From Octopus bimaculoides (lineage: Eukaryota): a stretch of DNA of 61,975 nucleotides. The notes beneath the pieces are model-generated. The model saw nothing but the letters and a program-made list of their open reading frames with translations, made no database searches and had not been told where the DNA came from. A program made the position numbers and the translations under genes. Below, one piece after another: positions 25,494 through 37,046 of this stretch. Within the stretch, counting starts at the first letter, position 1; every line of letters begins with the position of its first letter. The DNA is taken from assembly GCF_001194135.2 (NCBI RefSeq), contig NC_069005.1, positions 7,536,456 to 7,598,430 on the forward strand. The letters are read 5' to 3'.

Positions 25494-28400
25494 TTATATA
25501 TATATATTTGTTTATATATTTGTATATATATTTATTTATTTATATATATATATTTGTTTATTTATATATATATTTATTTATTTATATATATATATTTATT
25601 CTTTCGTTCGTACGTCCAATCTATCGTTCGTTTGTTCGTTCGTACGTACTTACGTACTTTCGTTCGTTCTTTTGTTCCTTCGAACAAATTACGTAATTAC
25701 GTACGTACGTACGAACGAACGAACGTAATTACGTACGTACGTACGAACGAACGCACGAGCTAACTTACCAAAGAACGAAGGGACCTAACGAAGGTACTAC
25801 ATACGTAGGTACGTACGAACGACCGAACTAACGAACGTACGTACCTGCGTAACAACGTGTGTACGTACGTACATGCGTACGTACGAACGAACGAACGTAC
25901 GTACGTAGATAAGCACGTACGAACGAACGAAAGAATGAACGAACGTGCGTACGAAAGAAAGAAAGAACAAAGGAACTACAGAACGAAATAAAGGAAAAAC
26001 GAACGTACATATGTACGTAAATACGTACGAACGAACGAGCGAACTTGCGTTCGAACGAACAGACGATCGAACGAAAGAATTAACGAACAAACGTACGTAC
26101 GAACGAACGGACGAGCGAAAAAACGTACGTACGTATGTACGAATGAACGACCGAACGATCGAAGGAACGATCGAAAGAACGAACGTAAGACGTACGCACG
26201 AACAATCGTATGTACGTATGTAAGTACGGACAAACAAACGAACGAACGAACGTACGTACGAACGAACGAACGATCTAACGAAAGAACGAAAGAACTAACT
26301 AAGGAACGTACATAGGTACGTACGTACGAACGACCAAACGAAAGAACGTACGTACGTACAACGTGCGTACGTAGGTACCTGTGTACCAACGAGTGTACGT
26401 ACGAACTAACGAACGAACGAATGATTGACCTAACCCTAACCCGAACTAACGAAAGAATGAACTAACGAATGAACAAACGATTGTACGTACGAACGAACGA
26501 TCGTACGTAAGTACGTACCTAAGTATGTACACACGAATGAACAAACGAACGCACATCCGTACGTAACTACGAACGAACGAACTAACGAACGTACGCTCGT
26601 ACGAACGAATGTGCAAACGCACGAGAGAATGAACGAACGAAAGTACGTACGCGCGTACGTACGAAAGAACGAAAGATTGAACGAAAGTACGTACGAACGA
26701 ACGAACGAACGTACGTGCGTACGAACGAAAGAAAGAACAAACGAACTAAAGAAGGAAATATAGAAAAAACGAACGGACATTCGTACGTAAATAGGTACAA
26801 ACGAACGAGTGAACTTACGTTTGAACCAACAGACGAACGAAAGAAAGAACGAACGAACGATCGAACGAAAGAACTAACGAACAAACGTACGTACGAACGA
26901 AAGGACGAACGAACGAACGTACGTACGTATGTACGAGTGAACGAACAAACGAAAGACCGAATGATCGAAGGAACGAACGAAAGTACGTACGAACGCACGA
27001 ATAATCGTACGTACGTATGTACGTACTGACGTACAAACGAACGTTCAAACGAACGTACACACGTACATACGTACGTGTGTACAAATGAACGAACGAACGG
27101 AACAACGAAAGGACTAACGAAGATAGGTACATACGTATGTACGTACGAACGGACATGCAAACGAACGAACAAACGAACGTACGTGCGTACGAACGAAAGA
27201 ACAAGCGAAATAAAGATAAAACGAACGTTCGTTCGTACGTAAATACGTACGAACGAACGAGCGAAATTACGTTCGTTCGTTCTCTCGTTCCTCTGTTCGT
27301 TCGAACGTAAGTTCGTTCGTTCATACGTACGTACGAACGAACGGACGAAGGAACGAGCGTACGTACGTACGTACGAATGAACGAAAAAACGAACGACCGA
27401 ACGATCGAAGAAACGAACGAAAGAACGAACGTACGTACGTACGTACGCACGAACAATCGTACGTACGTATGTACGTACGGATGCACAAACGAACGTTCGA
27501 ACGAACGAACGAACGTACGTACGAACGAACGAACGATCGTATTTAAGTACGTACCTAAGTACGTACGCACGAATGATCAAACGAACGTACATACGTACGT
27601 AACTACGAACGAACGAACTAACGAAAGAATGAACCAACGAATGAACAAACGAACGTACGTACATACGAAAGAATGTGCGTACGTACGAGAGAATGAACGA
27701 ACGAAAATATGTACGTACGTAAGTACTAACGAACGGAAGATTGAACGAACGAAACATTGAATGAACGAAAGATTGAACGAACGAAAGTACGTAAGTACGT
27801 ACGAAAGAACGAACGAACGTACGTGCGTACGAACGAAAGAAAGAACAAACGAACTAAAGAACGAAATAAAGAAAAAACGAACGTGCATACGTACGTAAAT
27901 ACGTACAAACGAGCGAACGAAATTACGTTCGAAAGAACGGACAAACAAATGAACAAACGACCGATCGAAAGAAAGAATTAAGGAACAAACGTACGTACGA
28001 ACGAGCGGACAAAGGAACGAACGTACGTACGTACGTATGTACGAATGAACGAACGAACGAACGACCGAACAATCGAAGGAACGAACGTACGTACGTATGT
28101 ACGTACGGACGTACAAACGAACGAACGAACGAACGAACACACCTACACACAACGTGCGTGCGTACGTACGAACCTGCGTACCAACGTGTGTACGTACGTA
28201 CGCACGAATGAACAAACGAACGTACATACGTACGTACCTACGAACGAAAGAACGAATGAATGAAACAACGAATGAACAACCGAACGTACGTACGTACGAA
28301 CGAACGTGCGTACGTATGAACGAATGAAGGACCGAAAGTACGTTCGCACGTACGTACGAACGAACGAAAGATAGAACGAACGAAAGTAATATGTACGTAC

Positions 28401-31400
28401 GAACGAACCAACGAACTATAGAAAGAACATACGAACTAAAGAACGAAATCAAGAAAAAACGAACGTAAATACGTACGAACGAAAGAACGAGCGTACGTAA
28501 GTACGTACCTAAGTACGTACGCACGAATGAACAAACGAACGTACATACGTACGTAACTACGAACGAACGAACGAACGTACGTACGTACGCACGCACGTAC
28601 GTACATATGTACGAATGAACGACCAAACGACCAAACGACCAAACGATCGACGGAACGAACGAAAGAACGAACGTACGTACGTACGCACGAACAATCGTAC
28701 GTACGTATGTACATATGGACGTACAAACGAACGTTCGATCGAACGAACGTACGTACGAACGAACAAACGATGTAACGAAAGAACGAAAGAACATTCAAAG
28801 GTACATATATACATACGTACGAACGACCGCACGAACGAACTTACGTACGTACGACGTGCGTACGTACCACGTGCGTACGTACGTACGAATGAACGAATGA
28901 AAGTACGTACCTATGTACGTACGAACGAACGAAAGTACGTATGTACGTACGAACGAACGTACGTGCGTACGAACGAAAGAGAGAACAAACGAATTAGAGA
29001 ACGAAATAAAGAATAAACGAACGTACATATGTACGTAAATAGGTACGAACGAACGAACAATCGAACGAAAGAATTAAAGAACAAACGTACGTAAGAACGA
29101 ACGGACGTACGTACGTATGTACGAATGAACGAACAAACGACCGAACGATCGAAGGAACGAAAGAACGAACGTACTTACGTACGTACGTACGTACGCACGA
29201 ACAATCATACGTACGTACAAACGTACGATCGAATGAACGTACGTACGAACGAGCGTACGTATGAACGAACGAACGATCTAACGAAAGAACGAAAGATCTA
29301 ACGAAGGTAAGTACATACGTACGAACGTACAAAAGACCGAACCAACGAACGTATGTACATACGACATGCGTACATACGACGTGCGTACGTACGAGGTAAA
29401 AAAGAACGAATGAACGAACGAAAATACGTATGTACGTACGAAAGAATGAAAATTGAACGAAAGAAAGTACGTATGTACGTACGAAGGAACGAACGAACGT
29501 ACTTGCGTACGAACGAAAGAAAGAGCAAACGAAATAAAGAACGAAATAAAGAATAAACGAAAATACTTACGTACGTAAATACTTACGAACAAACGAACGA
29601 ACTTACGTTCGAACGAACAAACGAACGAAAGAACGAACGATCGAACGAAAGAATTAACGAACAAACGTACGTACGAACGAACGGCCGAAAGAACGAACGA
29701 ACGAACGTACGTACGTACGTATGTACGAATGAACGAACGAACGAACAACTGAACGATCGAAGAAACGAACGAAAGTACGAACGTACGAATAAACAAACGA
29801 ACGTACGAATAAACAAACGAACGTATGTAGGTACGTAACTAGGAACGAAGGAACTAACGAAAGAATGAACCAACGAATGAACAAACGAACGTACGTACGA
29901 ATGTGCGTACGTACGAACGAATGAACGAACGAAAGTACGTACGTACGTATGTACGAACGAACGAACGAACGAACGTAGGTGCGTACGAACGAAAGAAAGA
30001 ACAAACGAACTAAAGAACGAAATAAAGAAAACACGAACGTACATACGTACGTAAATACGTACGAACGAACGAAAGAACTTACGTTCGAACGAACAGACGA
30101 ACGAGAGAACGAACGAACGATCGAACGAAAGAATTAACGAACGGATGAACGAAAGAATTAACGAACGGATGAACGACCGAACGAACGTACTTGCGTACGT
30201 ACGTATGTACGAATGAACGAACGAACGAACGAAAGAATGAACCTACGTACGTACGTAGGTACGCACGAACAATCGTACGTACTTAGGTACGCACGAACAA
30301 TCGTACGTACGTATATACGTACGGACGTACAAACCAACGATAGAAATAGCGAACGTACGTACAAACGAACGAACGAAAGAACGAAAGAAGTAACTAAGAT
30401 ACGTACATACGTACGTACGTACGTACGATCGACCGAACGAACGTACCTACGTACGACGTGTTGTACGTACGACGTGCGTATGTACGTACGTACATGCGTA
30501 CGTACGAACGAACGAACGATTGTACGTAACTACCTACCTAAGTACGTAAGCACGAATGAACACACGAACATACATACGTACGTAACTTCGAACGAATGAA
30601 CGAACGAACTAACGAGAGAATGAACCAACGAATGAACAAACGAACGTATATTCGTACGCACGAATGTGCGTACGTACGAGAGAATGAACGAACGAAAGTA
30701 CGTAGTACGTACGAACGAACGAACGACAGATTGAACGAACGAAAGATTGAACGAACGAAAGTTTGAACGAATGAAAGTACTATGTACGTGCGAACGAACG
30801 AACGTACGTATGTACGAATGAACGACGAACGAACGAACGAACGACCGAAAGATCGAAGGAACGAACGAAAGAACGAACGTACGTACGTAGGTATGCACGA
30901 ACAATCGTACGTATGTACGTACGGACGTACAAACGAACGAACGAACGTACGAAAGAACGAAAGAACTAACGAAGGTACGTACGTACGTACGAACGACCGA
31001 ACGAAAGAACGTACGTAAGTACGACGTTCGTACGTACGTGTGTACGTACGTATATGCGTACGTACGAACTAACGAGCGAACGTACGTACGTAGATAAGTA
31101 CGTACGAACGAACGAACGATCGTACGTAAGTAGGTACCTAAGTACGTCCGCACGAATGAATAAACGAACTTACATACGTACGTACCTACGAACGAACGAA
31201 CTAACAAAAGAATGAACCAACGAATGAACGAACTAACGTACGTACGGACGGACGAATGTGCGTACGTACGAACGAATGCACGAACGAAAGTACTTAATTA
31301 CGTACGAATGAACGAACGACCGAGCGAACATTCATTCGTACATAAGTACGTACTTTCGTTCGTTCACTCGTTCGTACGTACGCACATTCATTCGTATGTA

Positions 31401-32069
31401 CGTACGTTCCTTTGTTCATTCGTTGGTTCATTCTTTCGTTAGTTCGTTCGTTCGTAGGTACATACGAATGTCCGTTCGTTTGTTCATTCGTGCGTAGGAA
31501 CTTAGGTACCTACTTACGTACGATCGTTCGTTAGTTCGTACGTACGCATGTACGTAACTACACACGTACGTACGCAGATACGTACGTACGTACTTACGTC
31601 GTACGTGCGTACGTACTTACGTCGTACGTGCGTACGTTCGGTCGTTCGTACGTACGTATGTATGTACCTTCGTTAGTTCTTTCGATCTCTCGTGAGTTCG
31701 TTCGTTCGATCGTTCATTTGTAGGTCCGTACGTACATACGGACGTCCTATTGTTCGTGCGTACCTACGTACGTACGTACATACGTACGTACGTACATACG
31801 TACGTTCGTTATTTCGTTTGTTCCTTCGATCGTTCGGTCGTTTGTTTGTTCGTTCGTTCGTTCGTTCGTTCATTCGTACATATGTACGTTCGTACGTACA
31901 TTCGTTCGTTCGTCCGTTCGTTCGTACGTACGTTTGTTCGTTAATTCATTCGTTCGATCGTTCGTTCGTTCGTTCGTCTGTTCGTTCGTTCGTTCGTATA
32001 TATTTACGTACGTATGTAATTTCGTTTTTTATTTATTTCGTTCTTTATTTCGTTTATTCTTTCTTTCTT
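12281..32069. repeat. About 20-kb CpG-rich satellite built from ACGA/ACGT tetramers, with higher-order units and inversions
   Basis: Continuous tetramer-based sequence apart from internal N gaps. A recurring landmark (aagaacgaaataaagaaaaaacgaacgtac) is present and the orientation switches several times. Confidence 0.95.
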
Positions 32070-32169
32070 NNNNNNNNNNNNNNNNNNNNNNNNNNNNNNN
32101 NNNNNNNNNNNNNNNNNNNNNNNNNNNNNNNNNNNNNNNNNNNNNNNNNNNNNNNNNNNNNNNNNNNNN

Positions 32170-32320
32170 TGGTACAGAACTGATGAGCTCTTCCCTTCTT
32201 TAAGTTCCCTCCAATGTTCGTTTGCCCGCTCCTTTATGCTCCTTGCTGTTTCGCCTACATACGTCGTTGTCTTGTTACTGCATCATCCCTCTATACGTCT
32301 TATACTATAGACCACAGTCT
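32170..32320 (-). mobile_element. Penelope-like GIY-YIG endonuclease fragment
   Basis: Minus-strand translation VVYSIRRIEG*CSNKTTTYVGETARSIKERANEHWRELKEG fits the VVY...YVGET.RS..ER..EH signature, with one stop. Confidence 0.8.
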
Positions 32321-32342
32321 AAAACAAAAACAATAGTACAAT

Positions 32343-32583
32343 ACATTAAGTTATTTCTTTACTACCCACAAGGGGCTACACACAGAGGGGACAAACAAGG
32401 ACAGACAAAGGGATTAAGTCGATTACATCGACCCCAGTGCGTAACTGGTACTTATTTAATCGACCCTGAAAGGATGAAAGGCAAAGTCGACCTAGGCGGT
32501 ATTTGAACTCAGAACGTAGTGGCAGACGAAATACCGCTAAGCATTTCGCCCGACGTGCTAACGTTTCTGCCAGCTCGCCGCCT
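32343..32583 (-). mobile_element. SINE family C (central gtcgactttgcctttcatcctttcggggtcgat domain, resembling Meta/MESC-type SINE cores as I recall them)
   Basis: Near-identical to 61655-61886(-). An internally deleted copy lies at 33556-33763(+), with partial copies at about 48350-48450 and 55870-56130. Confidence 0.8.
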
Positions 32584-32859
32584 GTACAATACATTAGTAC
32601 AATACATTAAGTGCTATATCAATGACCTTGTCATTGTCACTCAACACTAAATACACTCCAGTTTTTTTCTGATGAGGTGGACATGACAGAAGGAAAGACT
32701 GATTATGTACCAACTACATCTACTGGCAGTGACAATGAAATTTCCACAATTGTTTGAAAACCCATAAGACAACAAAATACATAATTTTTTTTTTTTTTTA
32801 AATTGTATTTTCATCTCAAATATTTCATTCTGGAGATGGTGTGAAGTCCACATGAGCAA

Positions 32860-33330
32860 ATACAGATGCATAGGCATATGTATTGTAAGTTTACTTCCCA
32901 ACCACATGGTTCTGGGTTCATTCCCACTCCATGGCACCTTGAGCAAATGTCCTGCCCCAGGATGATCCAAAGTCTTGTGAGTGGATTTGGCAGATGGAAA
33001 CTGACAGAAGCCCATCATATATTCTTTTATTTGTTTGTCATTTGGTCGAACAAATCGACCCCAGGACTTACTCTTTGTAAGCCTAGTGCTTATTCTATCG
33101 GTCTCTTTTGCCAAACAGCTAAGNNNNNNNNNNNNNNNNATATATATATATATATATATATATATACGACAGGCTTCTTTCAGTTTCCGTCTAACAAATC
33201 CACTCACAAGGCTTTGGTTGACCCGAGGCTATAGTAGAAGACACTTGCCCAAGGTGCCACGCAGTGGGACTGAACCCGGAACCATGTGGTTGGTAAGCAA
33301 GCTACTTACCACACAGCCACTCCTGTGCCT
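32860..33330 (-). mobile_element. Two SINE family A pieces
   Basis: Family A body and head in reverse orientation, split by a short gap and a TA tract. Confidence 0.8.
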
Positions 33331-33959
33331 ATATATGTATATATAATATATAGTCATGGCCAAAAGTTTGGAACATAGGTTTGAATTGTACTTGGGCTTC
33401 AAAAAAATGAAAAACTTTGCCTTTTTGTCATTTCTGCGTCAATAAAAAAGCGACCAGTTTTGGAGCATTGGGATCAGTGAAATCAATCTAACCCCTCCCC
33501 ACAAAGTGCTGGCCTTGTGCGAAAATTTGAATCCATTATCATTATTATTATTATAAAGGCGGTAAGCTGGCAGAAACATTAGCACGTCGGGCGAAATACT
33601 TAGCGGTATTTCGTCTGCCGCTACGCTCTGAGTTCAAATTCCTCCAAGGTCAATTAAATAAGTACTAGTTACACACTGGGGATCGATATAATCGACTTAA
33701 TCCGTTTGTCTGTCCGTGTTTGTCCCCTCTGTGTGTAGCCCCTTGTGGGTAGTAAAGAAATAAGAATCATTAGCATGCCAGAGAAAATGCTTTACATTCT
33801 GAGTTCAAATTCTGCTGAGGTCAACATCACCATTCATCCTTTCATGGTCAATAAAATAAATACCTGTTGAACACTGGGATTGTGGTAATCAACCAGCCCT
33901 CTTTCCTGAAATTTCATGTCATGTGCCTCTGGTTGGTAAGATATATCTATGTCTAAGCT

Positions 33960-34090
33960 AGTACAGTGTCTAGATAAGGACTAGCAATATATGTATGTGT
34001 GAGTTAGTACAGTGTCTAGCAATATATGTATGTGTGAGTTAGTACAGTGTCTAGCAATATATGTATGTGTGAATTAGTACAGTGTCTTTA
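33960..34090. repeat. Tandem repeat, about 35-bp unit x3
   Basis: The unit tagtacagtgtctagcaatatatgtatgtgtgagt is repeated. Confidence 0.9.
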
Positions 34091-34119
34091 GAGAAATGTC
34101 TTTGCTCAGTTTATTATAT

Positions 34120-34272
34120 TTAGCTTCTCTGAACAAAATGCTTGCCACCAGCCTGAATCAGTGCGTCTTTAGATCGAAGGAAATGGTCAACCAGTGGACA
34201 ACAGCTTGTTGTGTTAAAGATGGATCTCACAATGTTTCCTGTTTTCTCTGGAGTCTTTTGTTGAGGAAGCCA
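34120..34272 (-). CDS. FAM227A: FAM227-family gene, terminal coding exon (WLPQQKTPEKTGNIVRSIFNTTSCCPLVDHFLRSKDALIQAGGKHFVQRS*)
   Basis: Acceptor ctcactaatttcag, phase 0. FN....PLV.HFL matches the recalled FAM227 FN..G.SPL..YFL motif. The TAA stop at 34120-34122 is followed 4 nt later by AATAAA. A versus B paralogue assignment is not certain. Confidence 0.75.
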   Translation of the reverse strand, partial: WLPQQKTPEKTGNIVRSIFNTTSCCPLVDHFLRSKDALIQAGGKHFVQRS

Positions 34273-35620
34273 CTGAAATTAGTGAGATTGAACAACATTT
34301 CAGAATTGCTAAATTCACTTAGAACAAACAAATATTGGATAACAGTGTTTTGGAAGCAGGCTTTTTTCTCTGCTTCTTGATGTATAAAAAAAGGTATTGG
34401 CAGTCTTTTTTGGGGGAGTGTGCTAAGAGTCATGGTTCATCATCAGGTGGGCCGCAGTATTAAAAGAAATTCAAGGTAACTTTTACATTGGCATGCCATT
34501 CAGAAAGTCTTGTGAGCCACAGATTATCCACAACTAGCAGAGAGTGCGTTATTGGGGAGAGGGTAGGAGAGGCCAGTAATTACTTGGATGATAAATTTAG
34601 GTTGAAGTGAAATTTATTATCGACATATTTTTCAGGAAAAGGAAAAAAGAACATTAAAAGTATAAAAGATAAAATTATCAAGAAAAAAAAACCCCCATTA
34701 CTACAACAAATAATGGGTGTGGGGTAGGCAGCAGCAGATGGGGAGGGGTGGAGTAACGGGTTGTACACTCCAGGCCAAATGGCATGTTCAGTCGCGCCTC
34801 GTGGGCATGACTACAAAGATGTTGCCGCAGAGAATGGCCAGTGACACCCTGCAAAAGCTATTTCATGTTGCGTGATTCATTTCTCAAAAATTGATTTTGT
34901 AACTGATTGTACTTCTTTTTGCAGACAGGTTTTGTGTCTGTGAGGGAGATTATGGCAAGCAGAGTTATGTATCATTCTTATTTAGGGTTACAAAATAATT
35001 AAACTAGCGTCAACATAGCTTTAATGTACGAAGTAACAAAAATGCAACGACTAGTATTTTTTCGGGCTGTCACCATATCAAGGGAGACAACTCTACATGT
35101 ACTGGCCAAAGAGAGAGTTTATTGCTCGATCAAGAGTTATGTACCTTGGCAACTGACGCTATTTGAGCTGCTTACTTCATTTGTTTAGTGACTGTCTAAT
35201 CGCATAATCTCTTCATCGGAGCAGTGAACAAAATAATTTTGACTCTTTGCGTTCGGAATTCAAATCCTGCCATGATCAACTTTGTTTGGATTCTCCTGGG
35301 ATCGATAAATAAACTTCCAGGTCTAAAAGAAGTGGCCTGTTAGAGCTTTCAACAGGATGCCTTTTCATATTTGTTCTTTAGTGGGGTCCAGGCTTTTCGG
35401 CCAGGTCTTTGGTTTGAAGAGACTTGTCCCAAGTCTCAACAGCCCTAAAAAGAGTCAGAGACACTGGTCTTCTCTCCCTCCCCAAACAAGCAGTTAAACA
35501 GAATAGAAGTTTACCAACTGCAACAACAGCTTCAAATTGGCCCTTTCTTCCAATTTCCTTACCCCTTGTTGCAGTACATTGTCATCAACTACATGCAACA
35601 AAATCTATGTTATGAATCCT

Positions 35621-36012
35621 CAGCAGGAGTGGATGTGTGGTGAGTAGCTTGCTTACGAACCACAAGGTTCCGGGTTCAGTCCCACTGTGTGGCACCTTGG
35701 GCAAGTGTCTTCTACTATAGCCTCGGGCCGACCAAAGCCTTGTGAGTGGATTTGGTAGACGGAAACTGAAAGAAGCCTGTTGTATATATGTATATATATA
35801 TATATATGTATGTGTGTGTATATGTTTGTGTGTCTGTGTTTGTCCCCCCAACATCGCTTGACAACCGATGGTGGTGTGTTTACATCCCCATAACTTAACA
35901 GTTAGGCAACAGTGACTGATAGAATAAGTACTAGGCTTACAAAGAATAAGCCTTGGGGTTGATTTGCTCGACTAAAGACGGTGCTCCAGCATGACTGAAA
36001 CGAATAAAAGAA
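35621..36012 (+). mobile_element. tRNA-derived SINE family A
   Basis: Full head, body and tail. Confidence 0.9.
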
Positions 36013-36621
36013 TATAATTCCTAATGATATTATAAAACAAAAGATTTCAAATTTTGGCACAAGGCCAGCAAGTTTGAGGGAGGAGAAAAGTCAATTACAT
36101 CAACCCCAGTATTCAACTGGTACTTATTTTATCGACCACTCATCTTGGTTCTACAAACTCAATTTTTTTACATGAGATATTTTATGGCATGTGCAAGGCT
36201 CAGTGGTTAGAGTGTCGGGCTCACAATCACGAGGTAGTGAGTTCAATTTCCAAGGCTGTGTTGTATTGTTGAACAAGACACTTCATTTCACATTGCTCTA
36301 GTTCACGCAGCTGTAGAAATGAGTTGTGACATCACTGGTGCCAAGCTGTGTCGGCCTTTACCTTTCTCTTGGATAACATCAGTGCCATGGAGAGGACAGA
36401 CTGGTATGCATGGGCAACTGCTGGTCTTTCTTAAACAACACCGCTTGGACTGGTGCCTCAGAGGGGAACTTTCTAGATGCAATCCCGTTGTCATTCATAA
36501 TTGAAGGGAGTCTTTACTTTTACCATTTTATAACAGGCCAACCCATTTTATTTTCAAATAACCATAACATGGCTGTTTGCCAGCTATGTAGGAGTAAATT
36601 ATGCTGAGAATTCATACTTAC

Positions 36622-36764
36622 TTTGATAGGAAAGTTTCTTGAAGTTTTCCTTTGGCAAAAACTCATTGAGATCAATTGTTTGGTGTAAAAATGTTCCCCT
36701 TTGGTGGCCACATAGGAAGCAAGTATCAAATGGTGGTCCAGCTTTGCTCTGTTTAGTTCAGTAA
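36622..36764 (-). CDS. FAM227A: FAM227-family gene, candidate exon 8 (reading frame ambiguous)
   Basis: Strong acceptor (catttctttataacag) and donor GTAAGT. The 143 nt are open in phase 1 to 0, which bridges exon 7 to the terminal exon, but there is little recognisable homology in that frame. Confidence 0.45.
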
Positions 36765-37046
36765 CTGTTATAAAGAAATGGCAGCAGAGATCAACAAAAT
36801 TCTATTCCAGTAATTTCAACAAGACATCTTATCTTCACTTACAACATATGAACCACAATGATACAACTTTTGTATGGCCAGTCAATCTGTTAGAAATAAC
36901 AGCCAAGTCTCCCTCAAATTACATAGAACTGGTTTAACCCTTTAACATTCAGTTTACATTGTCAAATGTAATGCTTGTTTATTTTTAGAATGACATTGTA
37001 AGGTAAAAGTGAGCAGCCAGTCTTAGCTGGCTTGAACATTAAACAG

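Noticed and set aside
26429-26442. CCTAACCCTAACCC telomere-like motif inside the satellite
   Set aside because: It has only about two units, too short to call an interstitial telomere.
12281-32069. Dozens of long ORFs (up to about 400 aa) rich in RTYVRSF or RTNE
   Set aside because: These are an automatic result of tetramer periodicity lacking stop codons. They occur in all six frames with no splice or domain evidence.
33350-33380. Tc1-like terminus (TAGTCATGGCCAAAAGTTT)
   Set aside because: No matching opposite TIR or transposase was found, so it is too little to annotate.
33960-34090. Short regularly repeated units that might suggest a CRISPR array
   Set aside because: They are head-to-tail tandem copies without unique spacers, in a eukaryotic context with no cas genes.
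34700-34860. Minus-strand frame GVTGHSLRQHLCSH after an AG, faintly GIY-YIG-like
   Set aside because: The upstream motif is absent, there is no donor, and the similarity is too weak.
12071-35588. Possible fusion of FAM227 with gene B through the micro-exon read in phase 0 to 2
   Set aside because: FAM227 has its own terminal exon with stop and poly(A) signal at 34120, and gene B shows no FAM227 motifs. The phase match alone is weak evidence.
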